Notes under the pieces: generated by a model
Seen by the model: the letters and a program-made list of their open reading frames with translations, nothing else
The model's database searches: none
What the model was told of the DNA's origin: nothing
Shown here: one piece after another, positions 8,267 through 18,186 of the stretch
How positions within the stretch are numbered: position 1 is the first letter of the stretch
Layout of the letters: each line of letters opens with the position of its first letter
Made by a program: the position numbers and the translations under genes
IMG/VR virus record: IMGVR_UViG_3300047470_000395
Coordinates: 1-64,000 of that record
Source: a virus
Direction: 5' to 3' (one strand)
DNA length: 64,000 nucleotides

Positions 8267-10248
8267 GCGGGGCTCTCCTTGCTGGTGTCGTCGACGTCGA
8301 CTTCGGGGGTGTGCTGGGCTGCGGTGAGGACGAAGACCACCGACCGGTCGCGCTTGCCGTTCTCCTCCACCCAGCCCTGACCGACCCACTGGGACAGCCA
8401 CGGCGAGATCGACGAGTGGTGGTTGCAGATCCCCATGCGGACCGCTTCGCCCTTGGTCAGGCCCTCCGGCCCGGCCTTCTCCAGCGCGCGCCACAGCTCC
8501 AGTCGGTTGTCCTCGATCCGGGAGCCGTCCGGGTACATCGGGACGGCGCGCAGCACCGGCCGGCCGCCGCCCCGCGGGCCGCCACCGCGCGGGGGCGGAG
8601 GGGGCGTCGGGTCCGGATCGGGGTCCAGGTCCGGGTGCGGGCGGACGTCCGCGTCCGTGTCCTCGGCAGCCGGGGAGTGCTCGCGGGACGTCTCGAGGAT
8701 CTCCTCCTCGGTGATCCAGTAGCAGCGGCCTTCGTTCGGCGTCGTGTACCGCTCGGACGAGACCATGCACTTGCCCGGCAGGTCGAGCTCGTCGAGGCGC
8801 CAGCCCTTCCCGTACGCGCCCGTCCCCATGATCATGTTGATGGGGGTCGGCTCATTGACGGGCAGGCCGATGCGCACGCCGAACTGCTGCCGGGTGTCGG
8901 TGCCCTTCCCGCCGAACGCCTGCTCGCTGGGCGACTGGGTCGCGGCGATGATGCGGATACCCATGGCGCGGGACACCTGCATCAGCGTCATCAGCTCGGA
9001 CGCCACGTCGGGCGCCTGGCGGATGAGCTCGGCGAGCTCGTCGATGATCAGGACGATGTACTTGCCGTGCTTCCGGGTCCACTTCTTGACCCGCTCGCCC
9101 TTCGGGCCGCGCAGCGTCGACAGGTGCTTGCCGCGCCGGGTCATCTCGCCCTTGAGCCAGACCAGGACCTGACGCGCGGTGTCCGGGTCGTCGGCGAGGG
9201 CGATCATGTTGTCGCGCCACGGGCCCAGCTCGAGCGCGCCGGGCTTCATGTCGATGCCCGCGAGGTCGACGTCGCCGCAGGCCACGAGGTTCGCGGCGAG
9301 GACGTTGACGGCCCCGGACTTGCCCTTGTTGGTGCCACCGGCGACCAGGACGTGCCCGTCGACGATGTCGACCAGGATCTCGCTGCCGTCGGGGTAGACA
9401 CCGATCGGGATGGGCTGCTCGATCGAGTCGATGCGCACGCCCGGCCACGAGATGCCGGGCCCGGCGAGCGGGTCGGTCGTCTGCAGCCGCACGATCAACT
9501 GGTTCGGCTGCGCGCCCTCGGTGAGACGGAGCCGGCCGGGGAGGTCGAGGTTCGCCTGGAGCTGCTGCCGCTTGGCGATGACGAAGGCCGCGGACGTGTT
9601 CTTGCCCGGGGGCAGCGTCACCAGGCAGTACCAACCGGTCTCGGTGAACACGATCCGGGAGACGTCGACCGCAGGCACGCCCAGGGCCACCAGGGCGCGG
9701 CGCAGCGCGGTCTCCTCCTCGGTGTCGCCCGTGACTCCGGCCTGGCCGATGTTGACGCCCATCCCGTCGGGCAGGGTCGCGGTCTTGGCCGCCTTGATCT
9801 GCAGGTTGAACCGCTCGTGGCGGGACTTGATCAGCCACGGCACGTACACCGCGTACGAGGAGATCGTGACGACACCCGAGGCGATGAGCGACGGGACGGT
9901 CGGGCCGGTGATGGCGCCGATCGCCGTGTTCACGATCGTGCCCGTGGAGGCGACGCCGAGAGAGGTGGCGAGTCCGTTCTTGTGCTTGATACCGCCCCAG
10001 GTCAGGCCGCCCGCGGCGGCGAGCGCCACGCCGTACCCGGCGTACGCGGCCGGTGTGACGCCGGCGAGGTGGTGGAGCCAGCCCAGGCACGTCATGCCGA
10101 ACGTCACCGCGGCCGGGGCCAGTTCGTAGCGCATCCGCCCACACCAGCGGCACACAGCCTCGGCCATGCGGCGCGTACGGCCGTGGGGCGAGACCTCGTC
10201 TATGGGCGGCGGGGTGACGTGATCGGTCTTCTCGCGAGGGATGAACAC
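8248..10248 (-). CDS. traB: FtsK/SpoIIIE-family conjugative DNA translocase (TraB-like)
   Basis: N-terminal TM helices, Walker A GGTNKGKS, IDMKPG, Walker B LIIDELAEL, ATQ motif, C-terminal wHTH-like domain. Confidence 0.85.
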   Translation of the reverse strand: MFIPREKTDHVTPPPIDEVSPHGRTRRMAEAVCRWCGRMRYELAPAAVTFGMTCLGWLHHLAGVTPAAYAGYGVALAAAGGLTWGGIKHKNGLATSLGVASTGTIVNTAIGAITGPTVPSLIASGVVTISSYAVYVPWLIKSRHERFNLQIKAAKTATLPDGMGVNIGQAGVTGDTEEETALRRALVALGVPAVDVSRIVFTETGWYCLVTLPPGKNTSAAFVIAKRQQLQANLDLPGRLRLTEGAQPNQLIVRLQTTDPLAGPGISWPGVRIDSIEQPIPIGVYPDGSEILVDIVDGHVLVAGGTNKGKSGAVNVLAANLVACGDVDLAGIDMKPGALELGPWRDNMIALADDPDTARQVLVWLKGEMTRRGKHLSTLRGPKGERVKKWTRKHGKYIVLIIDELAELIRQAPDVASELMTLMQVSRAMGIRIIAATQSPSEQAFGGKGTDTRQQFGVRIGLPVNEPTPINMIMGTGAYGKGWRLDELDLPGKCMVSSERYTTPNEGRCYWITEEEILETSREHSPAAEDTDADVRPHPDLDPDPDPTPPPPPRGGGPRGGGRPVLRAVPMYPDGSRIEDNRLELWRALEKAGPEGLTKGEAVRMGICNHHSSISPWLSQWVGQGWVEENGKRDRSVVFVLTAAQHTPEVDVDDTSKESPACPASL

Positions 10249-10398
10249 GTCACGTCACCTCGCCAGGAGGGACGCGGACAGGCGGACAACGGCTGCGGTG
10301 CGCGAGGGCATCGGGGTGTTCCTTCGTTCGTGGTCTCGGCGGTGCTCTCCGCCGTGGGGCCTGGCCATGACGCCAGATGTTCGGTTGTCGCGGGTGGG

Positions 10399-10647
10399 TT
10401 ACGGGCCGGGCGGCCCGAGCGTCACGGGGTCGGTCGTCTTGTCGTGCCAGACGTAGCCCCACTGATGACGACTGGTCATCTGTGTTTCGGGTGGGAGCGC
10501 GCGCCCGGCGATGGCTGCCACGGCCGTGGTCATGCTGTCCACGGCGTCCATGCGTTTGGCCGTGCGCACGTTGGTCGGGGTGCCCGGCGGGATCGTGAAC
10601 TGGAAAGTCACTGTGAGCACCCGCGGGGCCTCTCGCTCCGACGTCAT
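10399..10647 (-). CDS. Small hypothetical protein heading the tra unit
   Basis: GAGGGG RBS before ATG 10647. Confidence 0.45.
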   Translation of the reverse strand: MTSEREAPRVLTVTFQFTIPPGTPTNVRTAKRMDAVDSMTTAVAAIAGRALPPETQMTSRHQWGYVWHDKTTDPVTLGPPGP

Positions 10648-10707
10648 TCGTCCCCCCTCTGGATCAGACACAGCCCTCATTGTGCCTGATCTGTCGGGGA
10701 GATTGAT

Positions 10708-10796
10708 AGTTCTCCGGGAGAACTCGCGTCCTTAGTGGCTACGAAACAGGAGTGGCCTGGCCTTTTCTAGAAGGGTTCGCACGTTCTCCGGGAGAG
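10708..10796. promoter_or_regulatory. Two palindromic operator-like sites upstream of the tra unit
   Basis: AGTTCTCCGGGAGAACT (10708-10724) and GTTCTCCGGGAGAG (10783-10796) in an AT-richer gap. Confidence 0.55.
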
Positions 10797-10805
10797 TTGG
10801 GCCCT

Positions 10806-11474
10806 TTACGAGGCGTCCTCCTCGAGGCGCCCGTGCGCCAGGTGCTCCTTGCAATTCGCGCACCGCAAGGTCCCCGGACGACGCGGGTGATCCTCCAGGA
10901 TCGTCGGCCCGCACGTCGGGCACGTGAGCCTGACGCGCTGCAGCGGCCGCGGCACGGCCGGCTCGAGCGGGTCCGCCCCATGCGGGGTCGCCGCGTCGTA
11001 CATGTCATTCCACGTGAACCGCGTGCCGTCCCGGTCCGGTTCCGACTGATGCCAACCGCCGGGCTGGTCTCGCACGGGCATGAGCGACGGGTCGTAGTGG
11101 CCAACCGGCCGCCCACAGGAGACCCGGCCCGCCATGGCGTGCAGCATGGTCGCGCTGCAGGTGGTCACCTCGCCCGTGCACTCCGGGCACGGTACGGGCT
11201 TCGGCTCCCCGTGGTAGCTGTCCCACTGGGTGAAGTCCGGGATCACACCGCGGCCACGGCAGCGACGGCAGGGCGGGGCCGGAGGCTTCGGCGGCGGGAA
11301 TGACACCTCGAGCTTCACCAGGTCCGGGTGCTTCTCCGACGGGCCGAGCGCGTCAACCTGGCAGTGCAGGGTGACCGTCCGCCAGCCCTCGAGGGGCAGC
11401 GTGGAAGGCAGCTCGCCCTTGAGCAGCTCGGGCAGCTCCTCGGCGGTGATCTCACCTCCCGGCCGGGCCGTCAT
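10806..11474 (-). CDS. Hypothetical protein with several Cys motifs
   Basis: CRRCRGRG, CPEC, CPTC, CANC; overlapping stop/start chain. Confidence 0.5.
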   Translation of the reverse strand: MTARPGGEITAEELPELLKGELPSTLPLEGWRTVTLHCQVDALGPSEKHPDLVKLEVSFPPPKPPAPPCRRCRGRGVIPDFTQWDSYHGEPKPVPCPECTGEVTTCSATMLHAMAGRVSCGRPVGHYDPSLMPVRDQPGGWHQSEPDRDGTRFTWNDMYDAATPHGADPLEPAVPRPLQRVRLTCPTCGPTILEDHPRRPGTLRCANCKEHLAHGRLEEDAS

Positions 11475-11917
11475 GACGACTCCGGGGTGTTCAGGAAGCC
11501 GCGGATCTCCCCGGCGAGCGTCCCGATGGCGTTCCCGTCGACCTTCCCGACGGTCACGTCCTCGTACATCGCCAGTGCCTTGCGCAGCAGGTTCTCCGCC
11601 TTCTCCCCGCGGGCCAGTTCCTTGTCGATACGGGCCTTGAGCGGCGCTCCGAACTCCCGTACTGCAGGGTCCGGGGCGAACCGCTTCACCGCCTCCCAGA
11701 AGGCGCCGGCTGCCTTGTCCGGGGCGTAGTTCTCCCCGAACTCCATCCGCCCGTCGGGGTGGATCGTCAGCATCGGTCGGCCGTCGTCGTCGGGGATGAC
11801 CAGGGAGTAGGAGGTGATTGGCTTCATCGCGCTGAGCGTGCTCAGGGGCACCACCTCACCGGGCAGCGCCATGGAGACGATGCCGCGGGACTCGCCGACG
11901 GTGAACGAGCCGCTCAC
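11471..11917 (-). CDS. Hypothetical protein
   Basis: 4-bp overlaps with both neighbours. Confidence 0.55.
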   Translation of the reverse strand: MSGSFTVGESRGIVSMALPGEVVPLSTLSAMKPITSYSLVIPDDDGRPMLTIHPDGRMEFGENYAPDKAAGAFWEAVKRFAPDPAVREFGAPLKARIDKELARGEKAENLLRKALAMYEDVTVGKVDGNAIGTLAGEIRGFLNTPESS

Positions 11918-12372
11918 GCGACCTCACCCCAGTAGCCGGGCAGTGCGTGGACGTTGATGCCGTCCCGCTCGGACACGCGGGCGACGCTCGGGTCGGCGCT
12001 CCACACGGTGAGCCCGCCGAACTGGCGGAGCGCGGCGCGCAGCCGCTCCCCCTTCACCACGGCGGTCGGTCGGAAGTCGCCGCGGCCGCGCATCAGCACG
12101 AGGGTGGCGGGCACTTCGTGGGCGCCCAGCCACGTCACGACGAGCTGCTCCAGGCGCTTATCGCCGCCGGTCATGACCAGGACGGTCTGCCCGTTCGCGT
12201 GTGCCTCCCGGGCGGCCTGCACGACCCTGCGGTTCGGGGGGCATTGGAGGCTGGCACGGTGGAACGCGGCCGCGTCGTTGGCCAGGTGACGGATGCGCCG
12301 AACGTTGATGAGGCCGCCCTCGAGGTCGAAGGCGACGGCCCCGCGCGGCGGGGCGGCGACAGCAGTGGTCAT
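11914..12372 (-). CDS. HAD-fold phosphatase-like protein (PNK 3'-phosphatase-like, degenerate)
   Basis: AFDLEGGL (DxD-like), VLVMTG, MRGRGDFRPTAVVK resemble phage PNKP phosphatase domains. Confidence 0.5.
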   Translation of the reverse strand: MTTAVAAPPRGAVAFDLEGGLINVRRIRHLANDAAAFHRASLQCPPNRRVVQAAREAHANGQTVLVMTGGDKRLEQLVVTWLGAHEVPATLVLMRGRGDFRPTAVVKGERLRAALRQFGGLTVWSADPSVARVSERDGINVHALPGYWGEVA

Positions 12373-12644
12373 GCGACGTCTCCGTTGTAAATGTGGATCA
12401 TCCGGACGGCCTTCGCCTTGCACGAGTCGCACGTCTTGCGGCGGGGGTCGCCCGTGCCGCAGATCGCCGCGGCGAGGGCGTCGGCGGCGCCGGTGGAGGT
12501 GATGCGGAGCAGCGTGGTGCCCTTCTTGCGGCAGGAGTCGCAGGCCCGGACCTTCCCGGGCCGGGTGTTCTCTCCGCACGCGACCAGGGCCAGGCGCTGC
12601 TCGAGCGCGGTGAGGCTGGGGGTTTCGGCGACAGTGGCGGTCAT
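12369..12644 (-). CDS. Small Cys-rich protein
   Basis: Internal duplication ACG...CDSC twice; coupled to neighbours. Confidence 0.5.
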   Translation of the reverse strand: MTATVAETPSLTALEQRLALVACGENTRPGKVRACDSCRKKGTTLLRITSTGAADALAAAICGTGDPRRKTCDSCKAKAVRMIHIYNGDVA

Positions 12645-13297
12645 CGGTTGCAGTCCTTCGGCGCGCGCGACTTGTGGTGGGCGATGGTCTGCAGGTCTCC
12701 CCCGACCTGCTCGTACACGGTCATCAACTGGCAGGCCGTGCATCGGCGGGCCAGGAAGATCCGCAGGGGGTTCGTCGTCGACTTCTGGTGTCCCGAGCGG
12801 CCGCTGGTCATCTCGCCGTGCGTCCGGTCGCCGCACCACTCGCACGACGGGTCGTAGTGGGAGATGACCGGGGCGGGCTTCCACGGGCCCCAGGAGAGCG
12901 GCTGTCCGGCGTGGTCCCTCGGCAGGGGCGCCTCGGTGTACGTCGTCGGCGCAGGAACTGCCCAGAGGTGACGGCCGCGACGGTCCGGCTCAGGCTCCGG
13001 CAGCTCCTCGACGGCGTCGGCCTGGACGAGCCGGGGCTTCTCCGGCTCCGGCTCCCCGCGCAGGGCACGCAGGCAGGCCGGGCAGATGTCGGCCTCGGTG
13101 ACCGGCCCGTCCCACGGCCGTACGCCCGGGGCCTGTTCGGCGTCCGGCGTGCACTCCAGAGGCACGGTGAACACGGGCATCCTGGGGGCCGTGACGCCCT
13201 CCCCCGCGACGTGCAGCAACGGACGGCCCGCGGCCCGTACGACAAGCCGACCGCGCGGGACGATCGCGGTCGGGGTCTCGACGGCCAGGGCGCTCAC
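12641..13297 (-). CDS. Hypothetical zinc-binding protein
   Basis: GTG start at 13297; CPAC, CEWC, CTAC. Confidence 0.5.
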   Translation of the reverse strand: MSALAVETPTAIVPRGRLVVRAAGRPLLHVAGEGVTAPRMPVFTVPLECTPDAEQAPGVRPWDGPVTEADICPACLRALRGEPEPEKPRLVQADAVEELPEPEPDRRGRHLWAVPAPTTYTEAPLPRDHAGQPLSWGPWKPAPVISHYDPSCEWCGDRTHGEMTSGRSGHQKSTTNPLRIFLARRCTACQLMTVYEQVGGDLQTIAHHKSRAPKDCNR

Positions 13298-13551
13298 GAT
13301 CGGCCCCCCGCCTCGGTGGCCTGGAGCGCACCCGCGACGTGGGCCCACATCGTCGCCATGACCACAGCCCGCTCGCGGTACACCTCGAAGCCGTCGGCTG
13401 TCGTCCGATGCTGGAGAGCGGCCTCGTTGTCCCGTGCGCCCTCGTAGCGCCTCGCCTGCATCCGGTGCTCGTCCACCTGCTTGAGGCCCAGCTCGGCGGC
13501 CTCTGCCCAGCCCAGGGCCTTCTCTGCGGCGTCCGCCGCGGTGACGCTCAT
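13294..13551 (-). CDS. Hypothetical protein
   Basis: Coupled ORF in operon. Confidence 0.5.
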   Translation of the reverse strand: MSVTAADAAEKALGWAEAAELGLKQVDEHRMQARRYEGARDNEAALQHRTTADGFEVYRERAVVMATMWAHVAGALQATEAGGRS

Positions 13552-13784
13552 CGGGCACGCCCCGTGAGGAGCTGCACCAGACCAGTGGACTTGGGGTTCT
13601 GCCGGTACAGGTCCCGGCGGGCAGCGTGGACGCTGCGCCGGGCGAGGCAGAGAACACCCGCCGGAACGTGGCAGGTCGGGCACTGCACGGAGTAGGAGCC
13701 GTGCCGGAACCGGGCCGCGGTCTCGTGCGCAGCATCGTGCGCGGCGTCCGCGGCCAGGGACGGTATGACGGTGGAGAGGATCAC
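13548..13784 (-). CDS. Small zinc-finger protein
   Basis: CPTCHVPAGVLC...HAAR, an actinophage-type zinc finger. Confidence 0.5.
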   Translation of the reverse strand: MILSTVIPSLAADAAHDAAHETAARFRHGSYSVQCPTCHVPAGVLCLARRSVHAARRDLYRQNPKSTGLVQLLTGRAR

Positions 13785-14443
13785 GGGCGGCCACCCTGGG
13801 CGGGAATCGGCAGGAAGCGCGGCCGGGAGCCCTCGGCCGGGAACGGCTGCTCGCGGTCGAGCATGTACTCCCACTGCCCGGTGTTCGGCTGGGGCCGCTT
13901 GAGCCGCTTGTAGTAGGCCGTGCCGAACTCCACGTCCGTGGTGTCCCCGCACTCCGTGGGCAGTTCGAGCCGGTAGATCGGGCCGGTCAGCGCGTCGGGC
14001 GCCGGCGGCTCCATCGGCCCCCACACGCCCAGCACGATGCCCATGTGCGGGCCTTCGACGATCCGGACCTCGTGGAAGTCCCGGGTCGGCCCGGAGGCCT
14101 CGGCGGAGGCGTTGCGTATGCCGCGCGCCCAGGTGTTGACGTCCACGGCCGTCGGCGTCGGGGCGTAGCCGAGGATGCTGCGCAGGGCGGCGATGGTGGT
14201 GAGGAGCTCCGTGTACGCGGCGACGGGGAAGTCGTTTTTCCACTGGTCACGCAGCAGGGAGCACGCGGCCTTGTCGACGATCTCGAGGAGGTGCAGGTCT
14301 ACGACACTGCGCTCGAGGAGGGTTCCGGCGGCCGAGAAAGCATTGACGACCAGGTCCACGTTGCGGAACCGGTCCCAGAGCGGCGCTACGGGCATCCCGC
14401 GGTGGTCGTACATCTGGAGGGATACGGGCTGCTTGGTGCTCAT
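13781..14443 (-). CDS. Hypothetical protein
   Basis: AGGAG RBS; 220 aa. Confidence 0.55.
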   Translation of the reverse strand: MSTKQPVSLQMYDHRGMPVAPLWDRFRNVDLVVNAFSAAGTLLERSVVDLHLLEIVDKAACSLLRDQWKNDFPVAAYTELLTTIAALRSILGYAPTPTAVDVNTWARGIRNASAEASGPTRDFHEVRIVEGPHMGIVLGVWGPMEPPAPDALTGPIYRLELPTECGDTTDVEFGTAYYKRLKRPQPNTGQWEYMLDREQPFPAEGSRPRFLPIPAQGGRP

Positions 14444-14534
14444 GGAGGGGCATCTCCTGTTAGCTGAGGCGAGGGCGGGCCAGCCCTCATGTGAGGTACG
14501 TCGAGGTGCCGATTCCTGTTACGGTTTCGGCGTT

Positions 14535-15104
14535 CTAGCTGGTCAGAGGCTCGGTAAGTTCCACGATGACCAGCGACATGCGGGCGAATCCGGTGGTGAC
14601 GGGCTCCCCCATCACGGGGATCGGGCCCATGAGGAACTCGTGGTTGTCGTCCGGCAGGAGACCCCCGTCGGTGACCAGACCGTCGATGTAGGGCTTCACC
14701 GTGGGCGCCCAGTTGCCCGGGTCTCGCTTCCGCGAGAGCGGCCGCGGGTGCAGCACGTAGAAGACGGCCGCGCGCTGCAGGCGGGGCAGGCGCTTGGCCA
14801 TGGCCACGGCGGCGGCATCCTCGCGAAGCTGCTTGCGGATCCGGTGCACGGCCATGTGGTGGAGCCGCTGGTTGCTGTCCAGCATCTCCTCGACGTACGG
14901 CATGAGCAGCGTCCAGGTACGCCCGACGCCGGACAGGCCGGTGAGCAGGGGCTCGACCGCGGGCGCGGGCGGGGTGGACGGCGGGCCCGGGTGCACGGCC
15001 GGCTTCTTCCGAGCCTTCTTCTTCGGCTTCGCGGCGGCGGCCGCCGGGGAGGCTTGTCCCCCGCGGCGGCTCGCCATCAGGTCGCGGTACTGGGCCGCGG
15101 TCAT
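14535..15104 (-). CDS. rusA: RusA-like Holliday junction resolvase
   Basis: RKRDPGNWAPTVKPYIDGL...LPDDN matches the RusA D-x-x-N...K...D...DD signature. Confidence 0.7.
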   Translation of the reverse strand: MTAAQYRDLMASRRGGQASPAAAAAKPKKKARKKPAVHPGPPSTPPAPAVEPLLTGLSGVGRTWTLLMPYVEEMLDSNQRLHHMAVHRIRKQLREDAAAVAMAKRLPRLQRAAVFYVLHPRPLSRKRDPGNWAPTVKPYIDGLVTDGGLLPDDNHEFLMGPIPVMGEPVTTGFARMSLVIVELTEPLTS

Positions 15105-15120
15105 GCGGGCAACCAAGAGA

Positions 15121-16038
15121 TCAGCCCTCCAGGGCAGCGGTACCGGCGTCGGTCAGCCGCCAACGCCACCCCATGCCGCCCGCTTCCGTCTTGCTGTGCT
15201 CGGCGTCGGCCTCCGCCCACCCCTTCGCCTCGAGCTTCGTCACCGCGGCGTCGACCTTCCGGCCGAGGTTTCCCCAGGCCGCATTGGGGCTGCGTTCGCT
15301 GGTGACGCGGATCGTGGGGGCGTTCGTACGGCCCGGCCGCAGCGTGAACACGACGCCCGCCTTGATGAGTTCGAGCAGCTTCTTCTCCGCCGCGGTGGGC
15401 GGCGCGGGGGCGTCGGCGGGGCGGACCTTTCCCATGTAGTCCAGGCAGCGAAGGCAGTTGGCAGGGGCGTCGACCGGCTCGCTCAGGTGCAGCGGGTTCG
15501 ACCGGCCGGGCGTCTCGCACAGGCCACGGTCGGCCGGGTGCTTGCGGGACCGGCCGGAGACCAGGTCGTCCTTGGGCGCGGCGTGCCGGAGCGATCCGCC
15601 CACGCCCGAGTGCCGGGTGTTCTCCCGCACGGTCATCTCGACGCCGGCAGCAGCAAGCGCCTCGTCCCACCTGCGCGTTTCGCGCTCCCGGCGCTCCTTG
15701 GCCTTCCGGGCGATCAGCTCCTCGTATTCCTTGCGGCGTTGGCGCGCCTCGACGACGGACGGCGGCAGGGGCGGGTCCAGGGCCATCTCGTCGGCGAGGA
15801 CGAGCATCCAGCCGTCCACGCTGGAGCTGCGGTCGATACCGAGGAAGGAGTGCCCCAGTACGGCGGTGCACCAGTCGCTGCCGCGCCGGTCGGCAACCTC
15901 GTACATGCTCTTGAGGTCCTCGGGGCCCAGCGGCCCGCGGCTCTTGCGCTCGGCGTCCGTCCGCACCATCTCGTACGCGTCGTACGCGGGATCAGGCACG
16001 GACCGGGGAAGCAGGACAGTCACGACGTGTCGTCGCAT
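15121..16038 (-). CDS. Hypothetical protein
   Basis: 305 aa, strong GC3 bias, possible C-terminal wHTH. Confidence 0.55.
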   Translation of the reverse strand: MRRHVVTVLLPRSVPDPAYDAYEMVRTDAERKSRGPLGPEDLKSMYEVADRRGSDWCTAVLGHSFLGIDRSSSVDGWMLVLADEMALDPPLPPSVVEARQRRKEYEELIARKAKERRERETRRWDEALAAAGVEMTVRENTRHSGVGGSLRHAAPKDDLVSGRSRKHPADRGLCETPGRSNPLHLSEPVDAPANCLRCLDYMGKVRPADAPAPPTAAEKKLLELIKAGVVFTLRPGRTNAPTIRVTSERSPNAAWGNLGRKVDAAVTKLEAKGWAEADAEHSKTEAGGMGWRWRLTDAGTAALEG

Positions 16039-16124
16039 CGGAGGTGTTCCTCTCTTCGGGTGAACAGCGGTGCTCTCCGCTGTGTGGCGCCGCGGCGGGC
16101 GCCGAGGACCTGCGTACGGTCAGG

Positions 16125-16709
16125 TCAGGAACGTCGCGCGGGCTCTGCCCGGACGATCGCGAGGGACTGGACGAGCAGCTCCGCGTCGGTCCGCGGGTCC
16201 GAGCGCCAACGCAGCGCGTACCCGCCGGAGATGGTCGGGCCGTCGACCTCGTGCAGGGTGGGGTGGCGGGCGATGGCTCGCTCCTCCCACCCGTCGGCGG
16301 GCAGTGTCACGCCGCCGTGGTCGTTGCTCGGGCAGGTGATGAACACCGTGCGCTCGGCAACTTCCGCGGAGAAGCCGCCCGCGTACGCGAACCGCGCGCG
16401 CGACGCTGGAGCCTGACGCGCAGGGCGCCGACCGCGCGGCCGGTAGGGCCCGCGGCCCCCGCGGGGAACGGGGTGCTGCTCTATCCACTTCCAGCCGGAG
16501 GCGGTCAGCTTCACGGGGGCGGAGTCGTCTCCCCCGTCGGTCACGTACCCGGCGCTGGTCAGCGGGTAGAACGAGCTCTGATTGACCACGTAGTCGGTGC
16601 CGGTGAGCCGGTAGCGGGCGCGGGGCGCCACAGCGAACTGGGCACCGGTGCTGCCGGCCTCCGCGATGGTGCGCAGGAGGGTTTCGACAGCGGGCGTGAA
16701 GTCGGGCAT
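16125..16709 (-). CDS. Hypothetical protein
   Basis: GAGGAG RBS; 194 aa. Confidence 0.55.
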   Translation of the reverse strand: MPDFTPAVETLLRTIAEAGSTGAQFAVAPRARYRLTGTDYVVNQSSFYPLTSAGYVTDGGDDSAPVKLTASGWKWIEQHPVPRGGRGPYRPRGRRPARQAPASRARFAYAGGFSAEVAERTVFITCPSNDHGGVTLPADGWEERAIARHPTLHEVDGPTISGGYALRWRSDPRTDAELLVQSLAIVRAEPARRS

Positions 16710-16785
16710 GGGGTTCTGCTCCTCGACGGGGCTGAGCGGAGAATCGTTCTGAGCGAAGAATCGAACGCGTCGAACAGCCGGGTTG

Positions 16786-17070
16786 TTACGACTTCACCGG
16801 CAGGATGGCGTCGATCGAGGTGTCCCAGGCGCGGCCGAACCACCGCGCAGCATTGCCGAGTCGGCCGGGGAACGTCTGGGCCAGCAGAACGCCGGCGGCG
16901 AGCGTGAGCGTGAGCGCCAGGTGTGCGAGGAACCAGCCCACGACCGCGACGACAACTCCGGCCAGAACGCCGAGGGTTGCGATGGTGGGCGGGACGATGG
17001 CCGGGTGCGCGATGGCCAGGAGGCCGAGGGCGTACGCGGCGAGCTTCAACTTGCCGAGCCAGTTCGGCAT
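16786..17070 (-). CDS. Small membrane protein
   Basis: Hydrophobic, 2-3 TM segments; GGGAG RBS. Confidence 0.55.
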   Translation of the reverse strand: MPNWLGKLKLAAYALGLLAIAHPAIVPPTIATLGVLAGVVVAVVGWFLAHLALTLTLAAGVLLAQTFPGRLGNAARWFGRAWDTSIDAILPVKS

Positions 17071-17119
17071 CGGGTGCTCCCTCTTGGTGGTCTCGGGCGG
17101 TGCTCTCCGCCCTTCGAGA

Positions 17120-17190
17120 AACACGTTAACGGGTTACTCGTCGGTAGCCGACAATAATCCCAATTGTTGTCGGTAAAGTTGGCGCCACGT
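17120..17190. promoter_or_regulatory. Divergent promoter region with inverted repeat
   Basis: AT-rich strand-switch gap; CCGACAA-taatcccaattg-TTGTCGG. Confidence 0.5.
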
Positions 17191-17216
17191 CAGAACGAGC
17201 CCGGGAGGGGCCAGCA

Positions 17217-17696
17217 GTGGGTCAGTTGCAAGAGGTGCACGACTTCCTCGCCAAGCGCATCGTCGAGGAGAGCATCATCGGCCACAGGGTGCAGCCGAAC
17301 CTTGACGGCGTCTGGCCGGCGGTCTGGTATCAGGGGGCAGGCGGCGCCGACGACGAGTTCGAGACGCTCATCCTTGCGGGACCGGAGGGACCCAACTTCG
17401 ATGCGGGCACCCGGGAGCGGGCCACCTTCGTCGTGCTGAACGACCCGGCCCACGTCATCGACTTCACCGGCTACCTGCGATGGACCGTCGCGAACCACAA
17501 GCCAGTGCTCCAGCCCGCAGAGGAGAACGGCGAGACGGTCGCCGTGGAGGTCTGCCCCATCGACGGAGCCGAGTGCGAGCCACTGCTCCGCATGGCCCAA
17601 ATCTGGCAAGCCCACCCCGAGTTCAAGGAGAAGGAGTGGCACTGGGAGTCGTCCGTCACCATCGCCGAGATCCTCGCGCGCGGAGACGATGAATGA
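17217..17696 (+). CDS. DUF6221-like protein
   Basis: FLAKRI...DPAHV...LLRMAQIWQAHPEFKEKEW resembles DUF6221. Confidence 0.55.
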   Translation: MGQLQEVHDFLAKRIVEESIIGHRVQPNLDGVWPAVWYQGAGGADDEFETLILAGPEGPNFDAGTRERATFVVLNDPAHVIDFTGYLRWTVANHKPVLQPAEENGETVAVEVCPIDGAECEPLLRMAQIWQAHPEFKEKEWHWESSVTIAEILARGDDE

Positions 17697-17932
17697 ATCA
17701 CGAGGTCCGAGCCCATGTGCTCGCCGCCTACGGCCTCGCCGAAGATGACCCGACGTTCCGGGCCCTCGAGGCGCTGCACGCCGCGGCCGACGTAGACCGC
17801 GAGACGGGCCAGGCGCGCGTCCGGCGCGAGATCGACGCGGCCGCCGAGGAACTGACGGACACCCTGCTGCCCCCGGAGCTGCGCGCCGCCGGCGTCCGGC
17901 TCGTGTACGACACCGAAGGACTCCACGCATGA
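17693..17932 (+). CDS. Hypothetical protein
   Basis: ATGA overlaps on both sides. Confidence 0.5.
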   Translation: MNHEVRAHVLAAYGLAEDDPTFRALEALHAAADVDRETGQARVRREIDAAAEELTDTLLPPELRAAGVRLVYDTEGLHA

Positions 17933-18186
17933 ACCACGGGCCGATCCCGCCGGGCGCGATCGTCAGCGGCACCATCTCGCCGGACGCCGTCTCGACCGGC
18001 AACGTCCTCGAGGACATCCGCAACCGGGAGCCGTACGCCGTCGAGGCCGTCATCCTCCACGCACTCGCCGAGTTCAGCATGGGCGGCCCGCCCATGGGCA
18101 AGGACGAGGCCCGCCAGTGGCTGAGCCTCTACCTGCAGCAAGTCGCCGAAGGCCGCTCCCCCGTAGACCCCGGAGTACACGCATGA
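17929..18186 (+). CDS. Hypothetical protein
   Basis: ATGA overlaps. Confidence 0.5.
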   Translation: MNHGPIPPGAIVSGTISPDAVSTGNVLEDIRNREPYAVEAVILHALAEFSMGGPPMGKDEARQWLSLYLQQVAEGRSPVDPGVHA

